A stretch of 61,866 nt of DNA, filler included, from Choristocarpus tenellus KU-1152 (taxonomy: Eukaryota; Protista; Phaeophyceae): NCBI GenBank assembly GCA_964200185.2. It is 7 parts of 7 records of this genome, joined end to end, with 100 filler letters (N's around TTAATTAATTAA, not from the genome) between each part and the next. Parts side by side here need not be neighbours in the genome. Positions count along the whole stretch, not along the records: positions 1 to 15,068 come from CAXNAD020001068.1; 6 more parts are not named here. One strand, 5' to 3'. Numbering within the stretch: the stretch's first letter is position 1; the number at the start of each line of letters is the position of its first letter. The translations under genes were made by a program, and so were the position numbers. Positions 1 to 11,600 of this stretch are shown piece after piece. The notes under the pieces are model-generated. The model saw only the letters and a list, made by a program, of their open reading frames with translations. It made no database searches and was not told where the DNA came from.

Positions 1-378
1 CCTACCATTTCCAACAAAAACACCCCAAAAAAAGAAAAAAAAAAAAAAGGGTGAAAAACGGCGCTGCCCCCCCCCCCCCCCCCCCCCCAGGTACTTTGAC
101 CCTAGGTGGCTTCGTCCCAGGGGTCAGGAGTTGGATGCGGTAAAGGCGTTAGCTGAATGCATGTGTAGTTGATGTGGAAGAAGGGGGGGTCGAGTAGGAA
201 TGATGATGGCAAGAGTTCAGCAGTACAATGCTAACAAAAACATTTCCTCAGGTCTCTTCAGCCGCCAACACAACATTCCTTCTTGTCTTCAGTAAGGAAG
301 GGTTAGGGATACTAGAAGCCACAAAAATGTAGGCAGTCAACCTAAGATAAGGAGACCATTGACGTGGAGGATGATAGA

Positions 379-1830
379 GTTAGGGTTGGGGTTAGGGTTA
401 GGGCTAGGGTTAGTTGAGACAAAAAAAGTGTTGAATGATTTTAGGAAGGGAAGGGGGAACCGATAAGGTTTGAACTAGTTTTCTCATTTTTTTTTTCATT
501 TGATGAGGTTTTTCAGCAAGGAGGCGTGATGCAGCGTTGAGGGTTAGGGTTAGGGTTAGGGTTAGCCAGATTGGATTGGGGGGATAGGTGCCTTGCAGAT
601 GAGGTAGAGCTCACATTCACAGGGTCAAAAGGGGATCATGGGACGAAGGGCATGGTGCTCACAAGGTACAAGGTATCAGAAATAATGGGCGAAGGAGGGA
701 TGGGAGGTTTTAGGGTTAGGGGTGTCAATCAATAACCCTAACCCTAACCCTAACCTGACGGCCCCCCCGATGACATGAAAGGATGGGGAAGGATAGAAGG
801 TGATTAAATGAAATCAGGCATCATGCGTCCTTAGGAGAATAGTAAAGGGTTAAGGCTAGGGCTAGGGCTAGGGTTAGGGTAATACACGGGGAGGAACAAG
901 GGTGGCAATTAGGGTTAGGGTTTTGGCGATGCAGGGGGAGGGGAGAGTTAGGGTTGTTAATGGTATATATAAGAGCCAACTAGAGAGACGCACTTGTGTG
1001 GGTGTCAAGAGGATCAGCAGAGAGTAGCAAGGATTGGGTGCAACCAGGGTTAGGGTTAGGGTCAGGGCATTAGGTGCACAAGAGTGACCTAGAAGTTGGG
1101 GTTAGAACTAGAGGCAGACATCAAGCAAATTGGGAGGAAAAGCTTGGGCAGGGTAGATGTCTTCTAGCTCAAAGGCTCGGTATGGCATGGGAGGGGGTGT
1201 TTGGCGGGTGTTCTGGAATGAGTGTGGAGTGAGTGTTGTGTAGTGAGTGTTGTGGAGGATTGTACAGTGTCAGGGACGGAGGTATTGGTGTGAGCATGGA
1301 TTCAAGGAAATTGGCTGTATTGTTTGGTGATTGGATACAACTGCAGAAATTGACCACACTAGTTGACAAACTGGATTACTATTATTATTATTATGCGATT
1401 GGAAACCAGTTGTGGGAATTAGGGTTAGGGCTAGCTTGCAGTGGTGAGGGTTAAGCCGAAAGTGGCTACAGAGTCGGTGACATTGGTTGAGGAGGAGTGT
1501 GGAGTGGATAATAGCATGAGAAGAAGCCAATTAAATATTCTCACACGATTTGTCAGCAAAGCAAAACAGAACGAGTTGTCTCCCCAATTGTACCAACTAC
1601 AACACTACCCCTCGAGCCTATCGGCAGGACTAACCCTAACCCTAACCCTTCATGAAATTGTGCATTTACTAGTGAAAGAACAGTTGAAATGCCATCACAT
1701 ATGGCTGGATACAAGGTATTGCATCAATGCCCATCAAATTCATCAATGTCCTGGATAAGAGACCAGGACAATAATCCCAGCATACTATGCAACAGTACAT
1801 GCTGCAAAAAGTAACCCTAACCCTAGCCCT
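379..1830. repeat. Cluster of short interstitial telomere-like (TTAGGG/CCCTAA)n tracts in both orientations
   Basis: Tracts near 379, 541, 733, 845, 1047, 1630 and 1812; others at about 19335, 21061, 21873, 49426, 51195, 51527 and 52551. Confidence 0.85.
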
Positions 1831-2356
1831 AACCCATGTGTAAAATGAAGAAGAAAAAACAACAGCACAATAACTCCAAAATACTTGAAAACTCAACAGC
1901 CTCAGCAATCAACACGCAATTCAACAATCGACAGCTGTGTCCTCTAAGCCACAAAACAAACATTTAAAGCCAATCGAGATACAAATGGCTTAGTAAAACA
2001 TTTCCTCATCAGGCAGAGACTCTGAAATTGCTGCAACCAGGTACTAACACATATTATTAAGATCATAGAAATTCGATGTTCTCTGGATCACTGTCAGAAA
2101 TAACACAGAGGAAAGTAGAGCATATACTACACAGTCATACAGTAATAAAAAAAGTCTGCAATATGAATGAAATCAACACATCAAAGATGCATGTATCAAG
2201 ACTATCCGTTTGGCAACACGGATCTCAGTGAATAATCTACAGAACCTCCTAAATCAAACCCAATCTATTGAGAGGACTGTACTAGAATGACACTAACCCT
2301 AGCTCTAACCCTCCTATTGTCCTTAACGAAGTTGTGAGTTCCACTTGTCTACGTTA

Positions 2357-2683
2357 TCATTCCCCACCCGCACCATCATCCACCAGTGTCATCACATCCT
2401 TGAAGTCAACATCTGCCTTTCCTTCCCAAAGCCTCTTCTCCAGTTTGTCCTCCTGCTTGTTCATGAACTCCCTTAGATCCTCATATGATTTCCCAACACA
2501 CTCTTTAACCCCAGCTTCCAGGTCCCCCTCACTGCCCATCATTCCTTGAAGAACTTCGTCAGTCACTACCCTATCCGAGATCTCCACAGCAAGTTCCTCC
2601 TTGAACTTGTTAATTAAATCACTCACAGGTATCTCTACCCCACCAGCAGTCTTGCAAGCCGCCACAACAATGACAGCTGTCAC
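2357..2683 (-). CDS. ROCO terminal exon
   Basis: cag acceptor at 2684-2686, phase 0; VTAVIVVAACKTAGG...GKSYEDLREFM...DFKDVMTLVDDGAGGE-stop. Confidence 0.8.
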   Translation of the reverse strand: MTAVIVVAACKTAGGVEIPVSDLINKFKEELAVEISDRVVTDEVLQGMMGSEGDLEAGVKECVGKSYEDLREFMNKQEDKLEKRLWEGKADVDFKDVMTLVDDGAGGE

Positions 2684-5600
2684 CTGGTTGAGAAAAATTG
2701 TAAATTATTCAAGACATGGTGTTGAAGGAATGTCGATTACTGATATCAACATAACCTAGAAAGGCTGGTACTTAGGAAAGTTGCAAGTTCCCAACATACT
2801 TACTTCTACAAAATAATTTTAAGTGACCTCGTGCAAATTTCAACCTAGCATTCGTAGTGAGAAGATTAACCATCGGCTAATAATCGCAAAACCTTTGCCA
2901 CCCAGAAGACACTGGTTTTTTACAGGATTAGAGTACAAGGTGATGCACACCCCCAAAATAAGACATCCTACAACACCATACCTTAGGGTAGATTACTTAC
3001 AAACCATACAGCCTTAACAGTTACACAGGAGGCTACAACAGTATACTAACCCTATGCAGACAATGAAGCGAGGGAAAAGACAACACCTAGGATAGCCAAT
3101 GGGTTGGGGTTGGAATTAGGGTGTCAATTTGGAAAAAGGGAAAAGTATCTACAGCAGAGATCAGGAGTGTTTACCTGCACAACTGGGTACAGCTTCTTTA
3201 CCCATTCTCGAGTGCCATGGAATGGATACCCATTACCATCCAGACCACATGGTATCACCTTACCATCATAAGGGCACAAGAAGTGAAGTCGCTTCTTTGT
3301 CCTGAACACTCCTTTGAAGCATTTACATACCCTCTGAGCCCAATTCTTGACAGAATTACCAGTCACAGCAGACTCTCTCTCATTGCGAATGGATATAAGG
3401 CTAGGAAATGGGTAGTCTTTACCTAGAATCATATTGAGCTTCATCATCATTCCCAGAATGTTCATTGCGAGATTCTCCACTTTCTCTCCCACCTCCTCCA
3501 CTTTCTCTCCCACCTGCTTCAATCCTTTGTCTACATGTTGCTGCAGTGACTCTATGCTCTTCACGAGTGGATGCTCTCCTTCAACAGTTCGTGGATCATC
3601 GGTCCTTCTCCTGAGAAGAAGACCTGGGAACTGATCGTTGAAGAGTTGCTTTATTATCTTCGATAGCTTCAACTCACAATCAGTAACTTCTCTGGACAGT
3701 GGCACACCCATCACATGAAACTCAATGAATGATGGTTTGTCCAAGACAGCCTGAGGGTGCAGGTGCAACAGTACCTCAGGTCCCCCCATTCTAAATGAAG
3801 CTCCATACCTCCAGCACACATGGAGCTGTAAATTATGCTGAATGCACCGAGCCATTAGCAGCCCAAGAAGACCCGCTGGCAAGTAAGATTGTTCCAATAG
3901 ATAAACACTCTCAAGCCGCCAGCGATTGTTCGGTAATTCAAACTTCTTCAGGCTTTCCAGCTTGATAGGTAGGCGTACCATCACCATCAGGTTGAGGTTG
4001 TTGTCCAAGACACTTGTATCCTCACACTGTGTTAGTGGAGCACTTGCAGAAACACTCTCAAAAATAGCCCCAAACTCTGACATAGTGCGCAGAAGTCGTT
4101 TGAAGACAACCTCATCCTTGTCCACATCCAATAAATATAAATACATAATATGTTGTATTAAAGGGTACGTCCTCTTTCGTAACAAATTAAAAGTACCAAA
4201 AAAAATATGGAATCTTCCAAGACATATAAACCCTAACCCTGACCCTAACCCTATACCGAAAAGATATATAGAATCTTCCAAGACATTTTAACTCTAAACC
4301 CAACCCTATATATGTATCTTACGATAAGAGTAGTTTATCCTTATAACAAGTTAGAAATCAAAACAAAATTCACCATATATAGTAACCATAACAGAAACGG
4401 TTGCATACCTTCAGATACTTGGTGACAGCAGCATCTTCTGCACCACCATCCCAATTTCCCTTATTCCAGATATCTTTCCATTTCACAACAGCATCCTCCA
4501 AATGCAAATACGGCAACATCGTTTGACCTTCACCCTTGGCATGTGACACCTCACCCGGCTTGAGTGCTGCCATCAAGGGGTCCAACCCATCACGTAGAGC
4601 AACCATCACAGCAGATGCCCTTGCCCATCCCATTGGGATAACCTTACCAACAGTGGGAAACAAGCGAGTTCCATCTGTGCCAGGTCTAACTCCATGCATC
4701 ACAAGCTCCACAATCTTCTTTCGAACGGCATCCATCCTTTCTCCTCCTGACTGACACGATACAGCCATCACTCCTAAGATGTGAAGATTCGCAGGTGGTT
4801 GAACCTCCACGTTTTCCGCACCCAACTCCCCCTGCCGCTTAGAACAGATTTTTTCCATCTCTTCACGTTTGACTCTCAGGTGCTTACCAATCAAAAGATC
4901 AAGCTTCTTCATCGCATATGCAACCTCATCGTCACCCTTCATACAGTCGATATGCGTCCCAACAACCAAAACAGATGAACCAGGCACCCTGCAGAGCAGC
5001 AGATCAAGCCAGCCGTAGACCAGCTTACCTCCCTCTGACTCTTCATGATAGAACTTGTTGAGGTCAACCACAACAAGGTTTAAGGCGCCCGTAGAAAGAA
5101 AAAATGGACGCATAGAGTCGTACTCCTTGTGTGCGCCAAAGTCCCACATCATCAATTCTAACAGCTCTTCACCATTCGGCTTCCAGGAGTGTACATCCAC
5201 TCCACTAGTGCGATCTTCAAGAGCGGTCAAATAAGGGAGTCCATCCAATATACTCCGGGCAAGGCTGGTCTTGCCTGCACAAACCTCGCCAACAAGAACC
5301 ACCTTCAGCCTGTAGGACTTAGTCGACCCAGAACGTTCAAGAGCCTCGTAATATCGAACAATTGCCTCCAAACCACGCGACACAACCTCTGCTGGAGGAC
5401 TAACCCATTGGTTGCGTAAAGAATCATGGTATTCCAAATGAATGCATGAACTAAGCCGTAGTGCTGCCTCCTTCAAAAAAACTGATACGAATAAAATGAA
5501 ATATAACCGACACGGAAGGAAGAAACATTAGGAGTTAGATAAAGATTGTAAAGCAATGCCACAAAACAAAAAGTAATGAAATGAACTTCCACCACATTCA

Positions 5601-8600
5601 ACATCTTCCCAACTTCACCTACTACATAATATATTACTTAACTGCAGAAATATTATAAGTAGCAAGCATCACTGACAAAACATTGTCAAACTTCGAAATT
5701 ATCACAAATACCAATCAGGAATGAATTGATAAGGCATTGAAAACGAAAAACACAACCACTCTTACAATCAAGAATTCTCAATCACCTTCTATCCTCAGAC
5801 TAACCAACCTATCCACAACAAAGCCATACACAAACGAGAGCAAAAGAGACCCCTAACACAAAATCAAATACCTCCTCAACTATCCTGCCCTGACTAATAC
5901 AACCATAACTAATATGCCTCTACATTATTGTTCACTACAAACATCACCTCCAGGTACACAACAACCCTCATGTGCACTACATACATCACTCTCCTGTCAA
6001 CACATCTAATTGTCACACTAATCAGTATCAAACCAATAATGGTCTTGCTCTAGTACTGATGCGAAATTGGATTCAATCATCTCTATATTGCACCAGTCAA
6101 ACATTCCTAGAACACACACCAAAAATATACATTTTTGACAACACTAGGGTACTTTAACAGGAAACCAAAAAAAGGTACCTTCCAAATTCAACAAATATCC
6201 AACTCCACACTCACCACTGAGTTCATTGTTGTCCAAATCTAGGTGCATGAGAGCAGAGAGATTCCCCAGTGACTCCGGTATGTTTCCTGTGAGAAAAAGA
6301 ATTGATTTACGAAAGCCATTCAGGTTTCACAATAAACAAACAACCATTAGTCAAAAGTGCAGTAACAAAGCATGCAAAAAGAAAAATACAGTAAATCTTA
6401 CAATCAAAAATTCTCAATCACCTTCTATCCTCAGACTAACCAAACATCTTAGACCAACCTATCCAAAACAACGCCATACACAAACGAGAGTAAAAAGAGA
6501 CCCCTAACACAAAACAATATACCACCTCAAATATCCTGCCCTGACTAATACAACCACAACTAATATGCCTACACTCTTGTCCACTACAAACATCACCTCC
6601 AGGTACACAACAACCCTCATGCGCACTACATAAATCACTCTCCTGTCAACACATCTAAATGTCACACTAATCAATATCAAACCGACCATCTTCTTGCTCT
6701 ATTACTGATACGAAATTAGATTTAATCATCTCTATATTACACCAGTCAAACATTCTTAGGGCACACATCAAAAATATACATTTTGACCACACTACGGTAC
6801 TTCAACAGGAAACCAAGAAAAAAGAGATACCTTCAAATTCAACAAATGTCCAACTTCACACTCACCGCTAAATTTATTTCTTCGCAAATCTAGGTACGTG
6901 AGAGCAGAGAGATTCCCCAGTGACTCCGGGATTCTCCCTGTGAGAAAAAGAGTTGATTTACAGAAGCCAATCAGGTCTCATAAACAAACAACCATTAGTC
7001 AAAAGTGGAGTGACAAAGCATGCAAAACAAAAAACAAATCTATTCTTACCATCAAAAATTCTCAATCACCATTAATCCTCAGACTAACAAAACATCTTCA
7101 ACCAACCTATCCACAACAAAGCCATACACAAACGAGAGCAAAAAAAGACCCCTACAACAAATCAAAATACCTCCTCAACTATCCTGCCCTGACTAATACA
7201 ACCACTACTAAAATGCCTACACTCTTGTCTAATACAAACATCACCTCAAGGTACACAACAACCCTCATGCGCACTACATACATCACTCTCCAGTCAAAAT
7301 ATCTAATTGTCACACTAATCAGTATCAAACCAATAATCGTCTTGCTCTAGTACTGATACGAAATTGGATTCAATCATCTCTATATTGCACCAGTCAAACA
7401 TTCCTAGGGCACACATCAAAGAAATACATTTTTGACCACACTAGGGTACTTTACCAGGAAACCAAAAGAAACGAGATATTTTCAAATTCAACAAATATCG
7501 AACTTCACACTCACCGCTAAATTTATTTATTCGCAAATCTAGGTACGTGAGAGAGAAGAGATTGCCCAGTGACTCCGGGATGGTCCCTGTGAGGAAGAGT
7601 TCATTTACAAAAACAATTCAGGTATTACACTACACAAAAGTGGGGTGACAAAGCATGCAAAACGAAAAACACATCTATTCTTACCATCAAAAAATTTCAA
7701 CCACCTTCTATCCTCAGACTAACCAAACATCTTCAACCAACCTATCCACAACAACGCCATACACAAACGAGAGCAAAAAGAGACCCCTACAACAAAACAA
7801 AACACCTCAACTATCCTGCCCTGACTAATACAACCACAACTAATATGCCTACACTCTTGTCCACTACAAACATCACTCTCCTGTCAACATATCTAATTGT
7901 CACACTAATCAATATCAAACCAATAATGGTCTTGCTCTAGTACTGATAACAAATTGGATTCAATCATCTCTCTATTGCACCAGTCCAACATTCTTAGGGC
8001 ACAAATCAAAAATATAAATTTTTGACCTCACTAGGGTACTTCAACAGGAAACAAGAAGAAACGAGATACCTCCAAATTCAACAAATGTCCAACTTCACAC
8101 TCACCACTGAGTTCATTGTTGTCCAAATCTAGGTGCGTGAGAGCAGAGAGATTCCCCAGTGACTGCGGGATGGTCCCTGTGAGGAAAAGAGTTGATTTAC
8201 AAAAGCCATTCAGGTTTCACAATAAACAAACAACCATTAGTCAATAGTAGGGTGACAAAACATGCAAAACGAAAAATACAGTAAATCTTACAATCAAAAA
8301 TTCTCAATCACCTTCTATCCTCAGACTTATCAAACATCTTCTACCAACCTATCCACAACAACGCCATACACAAACAAAAGCAAAAAGAGACCCTTACCAC
8401 AAAACAAAATACCTCCTCAACTATCCTGCCCTGACTAATACAACCACAACTATTATGCCTACACTATTGTCCACTACAAACATCGCATCAAGGTGCACAA
8501 CAACCCTCATGCGCACTACGTAACTCTCCTGTCAACACATCTAATTGTCACACTAATCAATATCAAACCAACCATCATCTTGCTCTAGTACTGATACGAA

Positions 8601-11600
8601 ATAGAATTCAATCATCTCTATATTGCACTAGTCAAAACTTCTTAGGGCACGCATCAAAAATATACATTTTTGACCACACTAGGGTACTTCAACAGGAAAC
8701 CAAAAAAAAGGAGATACCTTCAAATTCAACAAATGTTCAACTTTACACTCAACGCTAAATTTATTGTTGTCCAAATCTAGCCACGTGAGAGCAGAGAGAT
8801 TCCCCAGTGACTCCGGGATTGGTCCTACAAGGAAAAGAGTTGATTTACAAAAGCCAATCAGGTTTCATAATAAACAAACAACCCTTAGTCAAAAGTGGGG
8901 TGACAAAGCCTTCAAAACGAAATACACATCTATTCTCACAATCACGAATTTTCAATCACCTTCTATCCTCAGACTAACCAATCTATCCAATACAAAGCCA
9001 TACACAACAACGCCATACACAAACGAGAGCAAAAAGAGACCCCTAACACAAAACAAAATACCTCCTCAAATATCCTGCCCTGACTAATACAACCACAACT
9101 AATATGCTTTCACTCTTGTCTACTACAAACATCACCTCCAGGTACACAACAACCCTCATTCGCACTATATACATCACTCTCTTGTCAACACATCTAATTG
9201 TCACACTAATCAATATTAAACCAATCATGGTCTTGCTCTATTACTCATACGTAATTGGATTCAATCATCTCTATATTGCACTAGTCCAACATCATTGGGC
9301 ACACATCAAAGTTATACACTTTTGACCACACTAGGGTACTTCAACAGCAAACCAAAAAGAAACGAGATACCTTCAAATTCAACCAATATTCAACTTCATA
9401 CTCACCGTTAAATTTATTTACTCCCGAATATAGTTTTGTAAGGGCAGAGAGATTCCCCAGTGACTCCGGGATGCTCCCTGTGAAGAAAAGAGTTAATTTA
9501 CAAAAGCCAATCAGGTTTCACAATAAACAACCATTAGTCAAAAGTGGAGTGACAAAGCATGCAAAACAAAAAACACATCTATTCTTACAATCCAAAATTC
9601 TCAATCACCTTCTATCCTCAGACTAACCACACATCAACCAACCTATCCACAACAAAGCCATACACAAACGAGAGCAAAAATATACCCCTACCACAAAATC
9701 AAATACCTCCTCAACTATCCTGCCCTGACTAATACAACCACAACTAATATGCCTAAACTCTTGTCTACTACAAACATCACCTCCAGGTACAAAACAACAC
9801 TCATGCGCACTACATACATCACTCTCCTGTCAACACATCTAATTGTCACACTAATTAATATCAAGCCAATCATGGTCTTGCTCTAGTACTGATACGTGAT
9901 TGGATTCAATCATTTCTACATTGCACCAAACATTCTTAGGGCACACATCAAAAATATAATTTTTTGACCACACTGGGGTACTTCAACAGGAATTCAAAAA
10001 CAGGAGATACCTTCAAATTCAACAAATGTCCAACTTCACACTCACCACTCAAAATATTGTATTTAAAATTTAGGTGCATGAGATCAGAGAGATTCCCCAG
10101 TGACTCCGGGATTGGTCCTGTGGTGAAAGGATTTGATTTACGAATGCTATTCAAGTTTCATAATACACAAACAACCATTAGTCAAAAGTGGGGTGACAAA
10201 GCATGCAAAACGAAAAACAAATCTATTCTTACAATCATAAATTCTCTATCACCTTCTATCCTCAGATTAACCAAACATCTTCAACCAACCTATCCACAAC
10301 AACGCTATACACAAACGAGAGCAAATGGAGAGACCTACCACAAAACATGATACCTTCTTAACTATCCTGCCCTCACTAATACAACCACAACTAATATGCC
10401 TACACTTCTGAACATTCATTAGCAACAAAAAAATATTAATGAAAACTAAAAAAAATCACAAAATTAGTTACTGGGACATGATTTACTTACCGCATAGTAC
10501 ATATGAAAAAGTGACACTACTCACAATATATATTCCAGAAACACCAACAACGGGAGTGTATTACCTCAAATAAAAAGTTTTTTACACAAATTATAACAAA
10601 AAATAATCGTAAAATGACTCCAATATGCATTTTATTATTCACAAACAAGAATTCATGGGTGTTCTATTTGTTGTAATGTTTAGCTTTCACTACACACTAA
10701 AAAACAGTTAATCATACCAAGAGCACCTTTGATCACATATGTTACAAAAATATGTTGACTAGAAAATTTAGTAATCTCTCTACAGAAAGCTAAAATGATA
10801 CTATTTAACCTAACTTTTCTAAACTGTATCAATCGATATTAGTGCAAATCTGTATGTACCAACAACTCGACCACTTCAGAAGCACAACCACACTTGTCTT
10901 GTTCCTCTATTGGTTTTGCAATCTCTACCAGCCTTGTTATATTTAGCAACACCCTCCATGATGCCATTTCTCAGCATGTGGTGTCAGTGACTTAACAAAG
11001 AATACAGAAACTATAGAACAATTTATGTTGGGAGACAGAAGTTCAGAAAAATATCATATTTTTCTACTGGGCACTACAGTGTGGGGTTTAAACGTACCAA
11101 TGCTGGTCTGATTCTCAATTGCCAGCCATAAACATTCGGTTTGCAATCACATTAGGGTTTATAATAAAGAAAAAATAATCAAATCAATTCATAGAGATTT
11201 CAAGAAACTTGAAATATGACAAATCAAAACGACAAGCCATTGATAACTGACAATCAATGCCTTCCAACAGGTGCTCTAAAAGATTTAATCTTAAGTACCA
11301 ATCCCCCGGAAATGATGGTATGTTTTTGCTCATTGACTGATTTAACAAAAAAATAATTGATATTTTGCCTTCAGCAATATATTATGTACACAGAACATTT
11401 TAAAGTAGAAAAGGTTGTGTTGCGGGAGATTAGCAGAATTTATCTCAGGAATTTACAATTTACACAGAAATATGTTTAATCGGATTTTGAATACATGTGC
11501 GAACATATTTTTCTTCTAAACATCACATAAAAACAAACAAGATTAAGATTGGAACACCAATCTACCGGTACTGCATGTTCTGTCCGAATCATTCTGGTCA

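Larger units (their letters stand above)
5725..10407. repeat. Tandem array of ~650-bp intron+LRR-exon cassettes (7 exons, partial units at both ends)
   Basis: Exon starts are spaced 651, 649, 590, 648, 653 and 640 nt. Intron text recurs in the units (e.g. tatcctgccctgactaatacaaccac, ggattcaatcatctctatattgcac, tcctcagactaaccaa). Confidence 0.95.

Noticed and set aside
6226-10350. Repeated plus-strand ORFs (MRAERFPSDSG...) and minus-strand hydrophobic ORFs in the array
   Set aside because: They are antisense or intronic by-products of the repeated cassettes; the real coding units are the 72-nt minus-strand exons.
5725-10407. CRISPR-like or DGR-like interpretation of the repeat array
   Set aside because: Units are ~650 bp with spliceosomal exons; there are no short repeats with unique spacers, no cas or RT gene, and variation is not adenine-specific.
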